The notes: generated by a model not told the origin, from the sequence alone. Counted from the stretch's first letter, positions 1-9,987 are shown. The stretch: DNA of 57,886 nucleotides from Syntrophorhabdaceae bacterium (GCA_009783195.1 WRHP01000005.1:1-57886), one strand, 5' to 3'. Translations and numbers: made by a program.

Positions 1-392
1 AATTAGGAATAGTTAGGTATCAGACAAAAGATTTTCGTATATATCATATAGATCTGGATGGCGATCCAGAAAATGGAAAAGAGTTTGTGTATTATGGCGC
101 TGGAGAGCAAATAGCATGGAGCGAAGAGTTTATTAACACATCAAGGTTTAAAGTAGTGGATTTTTCGTCGTGCAAAGAAGGCGGTTTTTATTCTACTGGG
201 ATATCACTTGATGAGAACAGCCGTAGCGGTATTATTAAGTACAGCAATACGTATTATATATATGCTTTAGATTATAGTAAACACGAAAATATGTTTTTTT
301 TGCTTATAGCAGGATGGAAAAAAAGATGGACCAGATGGAATGAGGCAGGCGAATTGTCGAGTGTTTGTGCGTTTAGATTAAATAAACCTTGA
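1..392 (+). CDS. AT-rich hypothetical protein, 5'-truncated by the window edge
   Basis: The frame of ORF 87..392 is open back to position 3 (LGIVRYQTKDFRIYHIDLDGDPENGKEFVYYGAG...). Much lower GC than the flagellar genes; no recognisable family. Confidence 0.6.
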   Translation, partial: LGIVRYQTKDFRIYHIDLDGDPENGKEFVYYGAGEQIAWSEEFINTSRFKVVDFSSCKEGGFYSTGISLDENSRSGIIKYSNTYYIYALDYSKHENMFFLLIAGWKKRWTRWNEAGELSSVCAFRLNKP

Positions 393-409
393 TTTGGGAG
401 GATATTTTC

Positions 410-541
410 ATGGATATTATAACACACTGGATGATAGAGTATTATGATGAATTATTTGAGTTTATTAGCAACTTGGAAGGGCTTGATAAAAAACATGGGC
501 TTAGAAACATCGTTGACTCACGTGGCGGATCTATACATTAG
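410..541 (+). CDS. small 43-aa ORF (MDIITHWMIEYYDELFEFISNLEGLDKKHGLRNIVDSRGGSIH), possibly a gene remnant
   Basis: Translated by eye; strong GGGAGG RBS upstream of ATG 410; below the ORF-track cutoff. Confidence 0.35.
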   Translation: MDIITHWMIEYYDELFEFISNLEGLDKKHGLRNIVDSRGGSIH

Positions 542-891
542 CTGGCTTGCCGTGGCGAGGCGGTTAATGTGGTAAGGCTTTGTTTACGTATAAACCGGCT
601 GGCTGGGTCGGCGGGTCAGCCGCCGCCACAACATTCTTAGAAGGCAGGGGGTATAGCGCCGGTCAGCGTCTCATGCTTTAAGGCGTGGCGTTGGCAGGTA
701 TGTATTCTGGCAATATGCGTGTTTTGCTTGTTCACCAGAACTTTCTCAGTCAATTCCGTCATCTTATACCGGATTAAGGTCTCTCTCTTAAATTCAGCCG
801 CACAGATGGTAAACTGCTGACGAAGGGGCGCTTGCGCGAAAGCTTTGGGTTTGGCGGATGCCGCCGCCGGCTCAAAAAACCATCTATTCAA

Positions 892-905
892 GTCATTTCT
901 TTGAC
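892..905. promoter_or_regulatory. FleQ-box-like enhancer palindrome GTCA-N6-TGAC
   Basis: GTCATTTCTTTGAC (extends to AAGTCA...TGACTT), ~65 bp upstream of the sigma54 motif of fliL; same architecture as the Pseudomonas FleQ box. Confidence 0.5.
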
Positions 906-967
906 TTTTGGTGCCTCGTTCTATGTTGCGCGTCTAAATTTTGCTTTAAATTCAATATGTTTTGCTA

Positions 968-983
968 TGGCACGTTCTTTGAT
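968..983 (+). promoter_or_regulatory. sigma54 (-24/-12) promoter of the fliL operon
   Basis: TGGCAC-GTTCT-TTGAT (GA variant at -12), followed by GGAGG RBS and fliL ATG. Confidence 0.65.
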
Positions 984-1014
984 AGGCATATAAACAACAG
1001 GGAGGTAAAGTTCC

Positions 1015-1530
1015 ATGGCCGAAGACAAAGAATTGGAAGTGGAAGGAACGGAAGAGGAAGGCGCGTCCGAGAAGGAAGGCGGCAAGAAAAAATCCCCCCT
1101 CCTTCTGATCGTCGGTCTCGCGGCCCTTGTCGTTTTGGGCGGGGGAGGGTATTTCGGGTACACCACCTTCATTTCCAAGGGGAAAGGAAATTCCGAACAT
1201 TCCGCTGCCGAAGCCGAGAAGAAGGAAGCGACGAAGGTTGTCCTGTTTTCGATGGACCCGTTCGTCGTTAATCTCTCCGAGCCAGGACGCTACCTGAAGG
1301 TGACGATGCAATTTGAGCTTTCCGGGGAGGAAGACGAGAAGTCCATACCCGAAAGGATGCCCATTCTAAGAGACACCATCATTACTCTCATCGGTAATCA
1401 GACATATGAATATGCCGCAAGCGCGGAAGGAAAGATCCAGCTTAAGGAAGATATTCTTCTGCGGGCAAACCGGGTTTTCGGAAAAGAGGTTTTCCGGAAC
1501 CTCTATTTCACTGAGTTCGTGATGCAATGA
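1015..1530 (+). CDS. fliL: flagellar basal body-associated protein FliL
   Basis: Single N-terminal TM, FVVNL...RYLK, C-terminal LYFTEFVMQ; first gene of fliLMN. Confidence 0.95.
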   Translation: MAEDKELEVEGTEEEGASEKEGGKKKSPLLLIVGLAALVVLGGGGYFGYTTFISKGKGNSEHSAAEAEKKEATKVVLFSMDPFVVNLSEPGRYLKVTMQFELSGEEDEKSIPERMPILRDTIITLIGNQTYEYAASAEGKIQLKEDILLRANRVFGKEVFRNLYFTEFVMQ

Positions 1531-2483
1531 CCAACGAAATCCTTACCCAAGACGAAATAGACTCCCTGTTAAGGGGAGTTCATGGCAGCTCCGATGACGG
1601 GGGCGAGCCCGACAGAACCAAAGACTTCAACTTCTATAACCAGGAACGGATCATCCGCGGCAGGATGCCGGGGCTCGAAAACGCAAATGAGCGATTTGCA
1701 AGGGCTTTCCGGAACTCCCTTACGACGATCCTGCAGCGTTTTGTCGATGTAAACATACAAGGCGTCAATATGGTCAAGTTCGGCGATTTGATGAAGACGC
1801 TTCCCTTGCCGTCGAACATCAACATCTTCAAGATGAAGCCGCTGATGGGGTTGTCGCTCTTTATCCTTGAAGCCCCGACCGTATTTGCCATGGTCGAGTG
1901 TTTCTTCGGAGGAAATCTGGAGTATTACGTCAAGGCGGAAGGGCGCTACTTCACGGCGATTGAACAGAAGATCATCCGCAAGATAATCGACAGCGCTTTC
2001 TCGGACATGGCCAACGCCTGGGCCGGGATCATCGGCATGACGCCGGAGTACGTCGGAAACGAGATCAACCCGCAGTTCGTCACGATCGTCCAGCCGGCCG
2101 AGATTGTCATCAAAGTCCAGATCGACATTGAGATCGAGAATTTCCATGGCAAGGGTTACTTTGCCATACCGTATTCTGTGGTCGAGCCGCTGAAAGAAAA
2201 GTTCTTTTCAGGGTTCCAGGCGGATCGGAGCGAGATCGACGATCGGTGGGTTGGCATTCTTAAAGAAAAGCTGGCCGCGTCCTATATCTGCCTGACCGCG
2301 GAAGTGGACCGCGTTCAAATGACTATCGGCGACATCCTGGGGCTGTCGATCGGCGACGTGATAAGCCTTGGCAAACATGTGGATGAACCCATCGCGATCA
2401 GGGTGCAGGATGTGCCGAAATACCTTGGCGTCATAGGGCAGCACAAGGGAAACCAGGCAATAAAGATTTTAGAGACTTTATAA
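1527..2483 (+). CDS. fliM: flagellar motor switch protein FliM
   Basis: N-terminal CheY-binding ILTQDEIDSLL, RIIRGRMP, EINPQF, C-terminal SpoA domain. Confidence 0.95.
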   Translation: MTNEILTQDEIDSLLRGVHGSSDDGGEPDRTKDFNFYNQERIIRGRMPGLENANERFARAFRNSLTTILQRFVDVNIQGVNMVKFGDLMKTLPLPSNINIFKMKPLMGLSLFILEAPTVFAMVECFFGGNLEYYVKAEGRYFTAIEQKIIRKIIDSAFSDMANAWAGIIGMTPEYVGNEINPQFVTIVQPAEIVIKVQIDIEIENFHGKGYFAIPYSVVEPLKEKFFSGFQADRSEIDDRWVGILKEKLAASYICLTAEVDRVQMTIGDILGLSIGDVISLGKHVDEPIAIRVQDVPKYLGVIGQHKGNQAIKILETL

Positions 2484-2501
2484 GGAAAGGAAGTCTCCGG
2501 C

Positions 2502-2954
2502 ATGGATGAAACAACAATCAACACAGCGCAGGGAAAAGAAACGATGTCCGCGGATGAAGCCGCGCAGTTAGCGGAGTTTGCCGCGGCGATGGAAGAGGAG
2601 AGCAGGAACAGGGAAGCGCCAAAAGAGGAAGTGAAAAAGGGCCAGCCGACGTTTGCCGAGGTGTCGGAAGATGGCGAAGAAAAGAGGGCCCCAAGGGACA
2701 TAGAATTCCTCCTCGACATTCCGCTTCTTGTTTCGGTAGAGATCGGCCGGACCCGGATGCTCATCAAGGATCTTCTCCAGCTCGGGCAGGGCTCCGTCAT
2801 AGAGTTTGACAAGCTTGTGGGCGAGCCGATGGAGGTGCTGGTCAACGACAAGTTGATCGCCCGCGGCGAGGTGGTCGTAGTCAACGAGAAGTTCGGCGTG
2901 CGCCTCACCGACATCAGCAGTCCGGCGGAGAGGCTCAAGCACCTCAACAAATGA
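2502..2954 (+). CDS. fliN: flagellar motor switch protein FliN
   Basis: LLDIPL.VSVEIGRT...ARGEVVVVNEKFGVR SpoA domain. Confidence 0.96.
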   Translation: MDETTINTAQGKETMSADEAAQLAEFAAAMEEESRNREAPKEEVKKGQPTFAEVSEDGEEKRAPRDIEFLLDIPLLVSVEIGRTRMLIKDLLQLGQGSVIEFDKLVGEPMEVLVNDKLIARGEVVVVNEKFGVRLTDISSPAERLKHLNK

Positions 2955-3274
2955 GCGCCCTTTTGCTAAAAACTATAGCCGCCCTGGGCTTTGTCGTCAT
3001 GCTGATCGCGGCAACGGCCTTTGCGTACAAGAAAAGGCAGCCGGGCATCCCCGGATTCTTCCATCTTGTGGCGTACCACCCGTTTGGCCCCCGTCGCGGC
3101 GTAGCGGCGCTGCGTGTCGGGCAGGAAGTACTCGTTCTTGGCCTGACCAACACGGATCTCAAGCTGTTGCGGGTGCTGGACGCGGACAAAGCGCAGGCGT
3201 CTCCGGTTTCGCCGCCTGTTCCAGAGGATATTGTGTCGCGACTCCGGAAGATCAAAGAGGGCCTCGATGGATAG
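2951..3274 (+). CDS. fliO: flagellar biosynthetic protein FliO
   Basis: N-terminal TM plus short beta domain (VGQEVLVLG); lies between fliN and fliP. Confidence 0.8.
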   Translation: MSALLLKTIAALGFVVMLIAATAFAYKKRQPGIPGFFHLVAYHPFGPRRGVAALRVGQEVLVLGLTNTDLKLLRVLDADKAQASPVSPPVPEDIVSRLRKIKEGLDG

Positions 3275-3911
3275 CGCCCTGAACGTCAATAATCCTGTTT
3301 TGGGAATGTTCTTCGTCATCAGCTTTTTGTCGCTTTTACCCGCGATCCTTGTGATGTTTACTTCCTTCACCCGGATCGTAATTGTCCTTTCGTTTCTCAG
3401 GCAGGCTATCGGAGGGCAGGGTGTTCCGCCAAACCCCGTTGTCGTCGGTCTGTCGCTCTTTTTGACTCTGTTTGTCATGTCCCCTACCGTGACCGCGGTC
3501 AACCAGAGTTCGATCGTGCCGTACCTCCAGAATCAGGTCTCCGTGGTTGAGGCGGTTCAGCGGGCCGAGGACCCCGTGAAAGGCTTTATGCTGCGGCAGA
3601 CACGGGAGAAGGACATAGCGCTCTTTTTAAAGCTTGGCAACGAGAATGTGCCCGCAACGCCGGCGGAACTTTCAATGCGAATCGTGGTGCCCGCTTTTGC
3701 GATCAGCGAACTAAAGACCGCTTTTGAAATGGGATTCCTTTTGTTTCTGCCGTTTTTGATCATTGATATGGTCGTGGCCAGTGTCCTGCTGTCGATGGGT
3801 ATGATGATGCTGCCCCCCGTAATGGTGTCGTTGCCGTTCAAGCTGCTGTTGTTTGTTCTCGTGGACGGCTGGAACCTCGTCGTAGGGTCTATAGTGAGGA
3901 GCTTTCAATGA
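3267..3911 (+). CDS. fliP: flagellar export apparatus protein FliP
   Basis: TSFTRIVIVLSFLRQA, PAFAISELKTAF, LPFKLLLFVLVDGW; start placed at ATG 3267 after GAGG. Confidence 0.96.
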   Translation: MDSALNVNNPVLGMFFVISFLSLLPAILVMFTSFTRIVIVLSFLRQAIGGQGVPPNPVVVGLSLFLTLFVMSPTVTAVNQSSIVPYLQNQVSVVEAVQRAEDPVKGFMLRQTREKDIALFLKLGNENVPATPAELSMRIVVPAFAISELKTAFEMGFLLFLPFLIIDMVVASVLLSMGMMMLPPVMVSLPFKLLLFVLVDGWNLVVGSIVRSFQ

Positions 3912-4177
3912 GCCCTGATTTCGTCAAATCAATTGCTATTGATGCCATGCGCACCTTCCTTATTACCGCCGGCCCGATCCTGCTGGTGAGCCTGGTTGTG
4001 GGTTTCACGATCAGTCTTTTGCAGGCGGTGACGCAGGTGCAGGATTTTACGCTTACTTTTGTTCCCAAAATCCTGGCCGTTTTTGGCTTTATGTTTTTTT
4101 TGCTGCCGTGGATCGCGTCGTCGCTCATCGGGTTCGCGAGCCGCATCATCGAAAATCTGCCAAACTATGTGAGGTAA
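3908..4177 (+). CDS. fliQ: flagellar export apparatus protein FliQ
   Basis: QAVTQVQDFTLTFVPK motif, 89 aa. Confidence 0.95.
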   Translation: MSPDFVKSIAIDAMRTFLITAGPILLVSLVVGFTISLLQAVTQVQDFTLTFVPKILAVFGFMFFLLPWIASSLIGFASRIIENLPNYVR

Positions 4178-4181
4178 AGAA

Positions 4182-4946
4182 ATGGTTCCGGCGGATATCA
4201 TCTCCGGAAACATCACCAAGTTCCTCATGATTCTTCTGCGCACCAGCGTTTTCCTTTCGGTCATGCCGATCATTGGAAGCGCTTCCCTGCCGGGGCGATT
4301 TCGTGTGGGTATTGCCATCGCCTTTGCCGCGCTGCTTACTCCGATTGTGGATATTCATGCCGGAAATCAAGACGTGGCGATCCTGATATTCAGGGAAATT
4401 ATATTCGGGATGTCTTTGGGGCTGACTTTCCGGTTTATCTTTCTTGGCATCGAAATGGGCGGGCAAAAGATCAGCGAATCAATGGGTTTGTCTATTGCTA
4501 CCGTCTTTAATCCCGAATTCGGCCAGATAAGCGGAATTTCTCAGTTTCTGGCTATTTTGTCCACATTGCTTTTCTTTGCGATGGATTGCCACTACGACGT
4601 AATCGCGCTTTTTGTGCGTAGTTACGATCTTGTTCCTTTTGGAACCAACTCTGATCCGGGCTTTCTTGTCAAACAAGGCATAGCGCTGATGGGCAAGATG
4701 TTCGTCATTACTTTAAAGGTTGCCGCGCCTATTGTCGTTGGCATGGTGACGATGAACATTCTGCTTGGCTTTATCGTCAAGGCGACTCCGCAGGTCAATA
4801 TCTTCTTCATTGGGCTACCGCTTTACATATGCCTTGGTTTCACGATCCTTTTGCTTGGCATCCCGGCGTACGTTGTCCTGATCGGCGGATCGTTCTCCGA
4901 GATACGCGTTGAAATGGCGCGCATCATCGGAATTGCCGGGAGATAA
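4182..4946 (+). CDS. fliR: flagellar export apparatus protein FliR
   Basis: Hydrophobic 254 aa, MGLSIATVFNP, PQVNIF; located between fliQ and flhB. Confidence 0.93.
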   Translation: MVPADIISGNITKFLMILLRTSVFLSVMPIIGSASLPGRFRVGIAIAFAALLTPIVDIHAGNQDVAILIFREIIFGMSLGLTFRFIFLGIEMGGQKISESMGLSIATVFNPEFGQISGISQFLAILSTLLFFAMDCHYDVIALFVRSYDLVPFGTNSDPGFLVKQGIALMGKMFVITLKVAAPIVVGMVTMNILLGFIVKATPQVNIFFIGLPLYICLGFTILLLGIPAYVVLIGGSFSEIRVEMARIIGIAGR

Positions 4947-4949
4947 AGG

Positions 4950-5990
4950 ATGGCGGAAGACCGTTACGACCGCACAGAAAAAGCGACAGGCCGACAGCGG
5001 CAAAAGGCCCTCGAGAAAGGGCAGGTAGCTCGTAGCCGCGAACTGGTCTCGATGGCCGCCACCGGTGGAATCATGATGGTTATTGTCTTCTGGGGCGGCG
5101 CAACGGTGAAAAGCCTTTCCGTCACTATGCGGCGGTTCCTGTCACTGCAATATGGCACGGAGCCGATCAATGTGCTGCGCTCAGCCGGCGTGGAAATCAT
5201 AGTCACTGTGCTCCCGTTTCTGCTGTCCGCCGCCGCGCTGGCGATCGTTGCGAGCCTCGCCCAGGGCGGGCTTGTCATGAAGCCTTTGACGCCCCAGCTT
5301 TCGAAACTAAACCCCATGGAAGGGTTAAAGCGGATCTTTTCAACCCGCGGGCTCACGGAACTGGGCAAAAACCTTCTGAAGGTGATTGCGGGCGGCTATG
5401 TAACCTGGATAACAATTCGCAAAGAATTGAAAATCCTTCCGTTTCTGCCTCAATTCGATCTGTCGGAGGTTGTCCGGATCTCCGGCGGGCTCGTAATTAA
5501 AGCGTTTTTGACCGGTTTTGCTTTCTTCTTTGTTATCGCGATCCTGGACTATTTCCTCCAGTGGTGGCAGCACGAAAAGTCCCTCATGATGACAAAGAAA
5601 GAGGTCAAGGATGACCACAAGGACTCCGAGGGAAATCCGCAGATCAAGGGCAAGATCCGCAGTTTGATGCGGGAGATGGTGCGGCGGCGGATGATGCAGG
5701 AGCTTCCGAAAGCCACTGTTGTTATCACAAACCCGACCCATTTTGCCGTTGCGTTGCGGTATGACTCGAAGGACATGGACGCTCCGCAGATAGTCGCAAA
5801 GGGCATGGACTTTTTGGCCGAGAAGATCCGCGATGTCGCCAGGAAGCACGGAATCCCCATTATTGAAGATAAACCGTTGGCACGCAGCTTGTATAAAGTG
5901 GACTTAGGAGCAAGCGTGCCTGAAGAGCTTTATCGAGCGGTTGCCAGGATTTTGGCGATGATTATGTCGCGCCACAGGGAGGTCAGGTGA
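4950..5990 (+). CDS. flhB: flagellar export protein FlhB
   Basis: TEKAT N-terminus and NPTH autocleavage motif. Confidence 0.96.
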   Translation: MAEDRYDRTEKATGRQRQKALEKGQVARSRELVSMAATGGIMMVIVFWGGATVKSLSVTMRRFLSLQYGTEPINVLRSAGVEIIVTVLPFLLSAAALAIVASLAQGGLVMKPLTPQLSKLNPMEGLKRIFSTRGLTELGKNLLKVIAGGYVTWITIRKELKILPFLPQFDLSEVVRISGGLVIKAFLTGFAFFFVIAILDYFLQWWQHEKSLMMTKKEVKDDHKDSEGNPQIKGKIRSLMREMVRRRMMQELPKATVVITNPTHFAVALRYDSKDMDAPQIVAKGMDFLAEKIRDVARKHGIPIIEDKPLARSLYKVDLGASVPEELYRAVARILAMIMSRHREVR

Positions 5991-8047
5991 GGTTTCTTGA
6001 TATTTTAAAGCGCGCGGAAGCCATGGTTGCCATCAGTGTGGTAGCCATTCTTGGCATCATGCTCGTTCCGCTGCCGACGCCTCTCCTCGATATCTTCCTT
6101 TCCCTCTCGATCGGCCTGTCCGTCGTCATCATGGTAATCTCCGTTAACATCCAGCGCCCATTAGACTTTTCGGTTTTTCCGTCGCTGCTTCTGGTGACGA
6201 CCCTTTACCGTCTTTCGCTGAGCATCGCGTCAACCAAGCTCATTCTCCTCAACGGTGCGGAAGGCCCTGGGGCGGCCGGCCATGTCATCCAGGCGTTTGG
6301 CAACTTTGTCATCGGCGGCAATTACGTAGTCGGATTTGTCGTATTTCTCATCATAGTAGTCGTCAATTTTGTCGTCATTACGAAAGGCGCGGGCCGCATC
6401 GCCGAGGTCGCCGCCCGGTTTACGTTGGACGCCCTGCCCGGCAAACAGATGGCGATCGACGCGGATCTCAATGCCGGAATCATCAATGAGACCGAGGCAA
6501 AGCGCCGTCGGCAGGAGGTCGGCCATGAAGCCGATTTCTACGGCGCTATGGACGGCGCAAGCAAATTTGTTCGCGGCGACGCTATCGCCGGTATCGCCAC
6601 CACGGCGATCAACATCATAGGCGGTTTCATCATCGGCGTCTTTCAGATGGACATGCCCGCGGTCGAGGCGGCAAAGACATTCACGATTTTGACGATCGGC
6701 GACGGACTGGTAACCCAGATCCCGGCGCTGCTCATTTCCTCCGCCGCCGGCGTCGTGGTCACCCGGACCGGCTCATCCAGCGACATGGGAAGCGATATTG
6801 CTTCCCAAGTGTTCCTGAACCCGAAAGCTCTTGGCATTTCCAGCGCTATTTTGGGCCTTATCGGCATTATTCCGGGGCTTCCGCATATTCCGCTTTTGAT
6901 GATGTCGGCGATCCTGGGAGGGGTTGCCTACCTCCTTTATAACCGCACCGGAACCGCCGAGGCGGACACCGTCGAAACGGCTCCGGCCAGAGGGGAAGAG
7001 CAGAGAATAGAGTCGTTTATCGAAGTCAACGCGCTTGCCTTGGAGATCGGCTACGGGCTTATCCCCCTTGTTGACGAGACCAGCGGCGAACTTCTCTCGA
7101 AGGTCCGGTCGATGCGCCGCCAGGTCGCCAAGGAAATGGGCTTTGTGGTTCCGTCTATACATATCAAGGACAATCTGTCGCTTAGGCCGCATGAATACAG
7201 CTTTATCATCCGCGGAATCGAAGTGGCGCGCGGCGAAGTGATGATGGGCTACCGGCTCGCGGTCTCTCCTGAAGGCAAGACGCTTGTCGGCGGCATTCCG
7301 ACCAAGGAACCGGCGTTTGGCCTGCCCGCTTTCTGGATTGAGGAAAAAGATGTCGAAGCTGCCCAGGTTGAAGGGTACATGGTGGTTGATCCGGCTACTG
7401 TTATCGTAACGCACCTGACCGAGATCATACGCCGCCACAGTTGGGAGATTCTTACCCGCGCGGAAGTCCAGAACCTGCTCGACAGTATCGCCAAGGTCTA
7501 TCCGAGGATTGTTGATGAACTTATCCCGACCCACATGACGTTGGGCGGAGTCCAGCGCGTGCTGCAGAACCTTCTCCGGGAACGTGTTCCGGTAAACGAC
7601 ATCGTCACGATTCTGGAAACGCTTTTGGACATCGCGCCGACAACCAAAGACATCGACATAATGACGGAGCATGTGCGTCAGGGGCTTTCCCGATACATCA
7701 CCAAACAGTTCTCTGGCTCCGACGGCGTTATATCGGTCATATCGCTTGATCCGCGCTTCGAGAACGCTCTTAACCGGGCTATGAGCGGCGAGCCGATGAG
7801 CCCGGATGTCGTGGGACGGCTGGTGCGCGGGATCGAGGGCTGCATGGAAGGAGTTCGCGCCCGCGGGACGCAGCCGGTGATTCTATGCTCCATGCAGGTC
7901 CGGCGTTTCTTGAGACGGCTTCTTGAAAAGTTCGCGCCATCCATTTCGGTTCTGTCCAGTGCCGAGGTTTCCCCCTCCGCGAAAATAACAACAGTGGGAA
8001 TGGTGAGATATGAAAATGAAAACGTTCCAAGCAAAAACGTTTCATGA
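5987..8047 (+). CDS. flhA: flagellar export protein FlhA
   Basis: RIAEVAARFTLDALPGKQMAIDADL, FYGAMDGASKFVRGDAIA (FHIPEP). Confidence 0.97.
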   Translation: MRFLDILKRAEAMVAISVVAILGIMLVPLPTPLLDIFLSLSIGLSVVIMVISVNIQRPLDFSVFPSLLLVTTLYRLSLSIASTKLILLNGAEGPGAAGHVIQAFGNFVIGGNYVVGFVVFLIIVVVNFVVITKGAGRIAEVAARFTLDALPGKQMAIDADLNAGIINETEAKRRRQEVGHEADFYGAMDGASKFVRGDAIAGIATTAINIIGGFIIGVFQMDMPAVEAAKTFTILTIGDGLVTQIPALLISSAAGVVVTRTGSSSDMGSDIASQVFLNPKALGISSAILGLIGIIPGLPHIPLLMMSAILGGVAYLLYNRTGTAEADTVETAPARGEEQRIESFIEVNALALEIGYGLIPLVDETSGELLSKVRSMRRQVAKEMGFVVPSIHIKDNLSLRPHEYSFIIRGIEVARGEVMMGYRLAVSPEGKTLVGGIPTKEPAFGLPAFWIEEKDVEAAQVEGYMVVDPATVIVTHLTEIIRRHSWEILTRAEVQNLLDSIAKVYPRIVDELIPTHMTLGGVQRVLQNLLRERVPVNDIVTILETLLDIAPTTKDIDIMTEHVRQGLSRYITKQFSGSDGVISVISLDPRFENALNRAMSGEPMSPDVVGRLVRGIEGCMEGVRARGTQPVILCSMQVRRFLRRLLEKFAPSISVLSSAEVSPSAKITTVGMVRYENENVPSKNVS

Positions 8048-9131
8048 AGCCCTCGCCCAGGTGAAGAAAGAGCTGGGGGATGACGCCGTTATTCTTTCCA
8101 GCACGGAAAAGAAGGGGCAGTTGAATCCCGTCGTGGTCGAGGCGGCTGTAGACTATGAGGTCGGAGATGTCCCGGTTCCCAGGCAGATGGAGACCGCTGC
8201 CAGGCCGGTTTTAGCGAAAGCGGCGGCGCCGCCCGCTGACGATGAGATTCTTCAGGGAGGCGCGGAGGTTATCCAACTGCGTCGCGCGTTAACCGAGATG
8301 TGCGCCGAGGTCGGAACAATCCGCGGGTACCTCGAAACGGTGAAGGCCGATGCGGAAGAAGTCTCTCTTTCTCCCGAAAAACGGGATGCCCTGCGTTTTC
8401 TCAAGGAACGAGGGGTTCGCGAGGAGTACGCGCGTGAGCTATGCGGCAGGGTGAACGGACTTACCGACATTCCCCGCGCGATGCTGGATAAAGTGAATGT
8501 TCGCAAGGGCGGCTGGGACGCCTGCAAGGTTGTGATGATGATCGGGCCGACCGGGGTTGGAAAGACCACCACGATTGCGAAACTGGCGGCGGCGACCAGG
8601 GCCGGCTTGCGGACCGCGATCATCAGCCTGGACAATTACCGCATCGGAGCGCTTGAGCAGATCAGGATATACTCCAAGATCATGGGGGTGCCGCTCGAAA
8701 TAGCGACGGACGCGCGGCGGGTTAAGTCCTGCCTGGAACGGCACGCCGACAAGGACGTGATTTTCATCGACACGACGGGGCGCAACCCGTTGAACGCGGC
8801 TTTCCTTGACGAGCTTTTGCCCGTATATGAGACAGGCGTGCCGGTGGAGACGCACCTTCTCGTCAGCGCCACATGCGACTATGCTTTCCTCGAACAGGCA
8901 TGGAAGGCCTATTCGCGTCTTCCCGTTGATTGCATAGGCATCACCAAAGCGGACGAGGCTGTGCAGTACGGCGCGTTTTATAACGCGGCGGCTCTTTGCG
9001 GAAAGCCGGTCTCCTGCATTACGACCGGCCAGACAGTGCCGGGCGACATCATGTTTCCAAACTGCAAAAAACTGCTTCAGATGGTTTTGACGGAAAACCC
9101 GGCGGGCATGGAAATAGCCGCTCTTGCGTAG
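8010..9131 (+). CDS. flhF: SRP-family GTPase FlhF
   Basis: GPTGVGKTTT, DTTGR, TKAD; N-terminal ALAQVKKELGDDAVIL. Confidence 0.93.
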   Translation: MKMKTFQAKTFHEALAQVKKELGDDAVILSSTEKKGQLNPVVVEAAVDYEVGDVPVPRQMETAARPVLAKAAAPPADDEILQGGAEVIQLRRALTEMCAEVGTIRGYLETVKADAEEVSLSPEKRDALRFLKERGVREEYARELCGRVNGLTDIPRAMLDKVNVRKGGWDACKVVMMIGPTGVGKTTTIAKLAAATRAGLRTAIISLDNYRIGALEQIRIYSKIMGVPLEIATDARRVKSCLERHADKDVIFIDTTGRNPLNAAFLDELLPVYETGVPVETHLLVSATCDYAFLEQAWKAYSRLPVDCIGITKADEAVQYGAFYNAAALCGKPVSCITTGQTVPGDIMFPNCKKLLQMVLTENPAGMEIAALA

Positions 9132-9162
9132 GGATAAAATAGAAGGATTCGGAGAGAAGACA

Positions 9163-9987
9163 ATGCGAAACAAAAAACCGGTCCGGACTGTTACCATCGC
9201 CAGCGGAAAAGGCGGCGTAGGCAAGACAAACGTCGTCGCAAACCTTGCGATTGCCCTGCGAAAGATGGGGAAGGAAGTCATGATCCTCGATGCCGATCTG
9301 GGTTTGAGCAATGTGGACATCCTGCTTCAGCTTACTCCCAGATATAACATCCAACACGTCATCAGCGGGGAGAAGCGGCTAAAAGACGTCATCGTGGAAG
9401 GACCCTACGGGATCAAGGTGCTTCCCGCTTCGTCCGGCGTCCAGGAGCTGACTCATCTGGACGCGCTCCAAAGGATGCAGTTGATCGAGGAGTTCGAGGC
9501 ATATGATAAAGATATCGACATCCTTCTTATTGATACCTCCGCCGGGATTTCGGAAAACGTGGCTTTTTTCTGTGTGGCGTCACGGGAGATCGTCATTGTG
9601 ACATCTCCCGAGCCGACAGCTCTCACGGATGCATACGCCTTGATAAAGGTGCTGTTTACCCGTTATCAGGAAAAGGAGTTTCGCGTACTTGTAAACTCCG
9701 CGCGCAACCAGGCGGACGCGAAAGATGTTTACCGGAAGCTCGCGGTGGCAGCCGACCGGTTCCTGAATGTATCCCTCGATTACCTTGGGTATCTTCCTTA
9801 TGACAAACTGGTCCATGAGGCCGTAAGAGCGCAACAGCCGTTCATTGATATGTTCCCAAACGGGGCGGCGTCGTTGGCGATAGAGGAGCTTGCCTTGCAG
9901 TTTGCCGAACCCGCGAAAGAGGAAATAAAAGGTGGATTACAGTTCTTCATCGGAAATATGTTTGCGATGGCTGGAGAGGCAAGATGA
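9163..9987 (+). CDS. flhG: MinD-like ATPase FleN/FlhG
   Basis: SGKGGVGKT, DADLGLSN, PEPTALTDAYALIK; follows flhF. Start placed at ATG 9163. Confidence 0.93.
   Translation: MRNKKPVRTVTIASGKGGVGKTNVVANLAIALRKMGKEVMILDADLGLSNVDILLQLTPRYNIQHVISGEKRLKDVIVEGPYGIKVLPASSGVQELTHLDALQRMQLIEEFEAYDKDIDILLIDTSAGISENVAFFCVASREIVIVTSPEPTALTDAYALIKVLFTRYQEKEFRVLVNSARNQADAKDVYRKLAVAADRFLNVSLDYLGYLPYDKLVHEAVRAQQPFIDMFPNGAASLAIEELALQFAEPAKEEIKGGLQFFIGNMFAMAGEAR

Noticed and set aside
637-891. 84-aa minus-strand ORF as a transposase or toxin fragment
   Set aside because: No recognisable motif, no clear RBS and no inverted repeats; not supportable.
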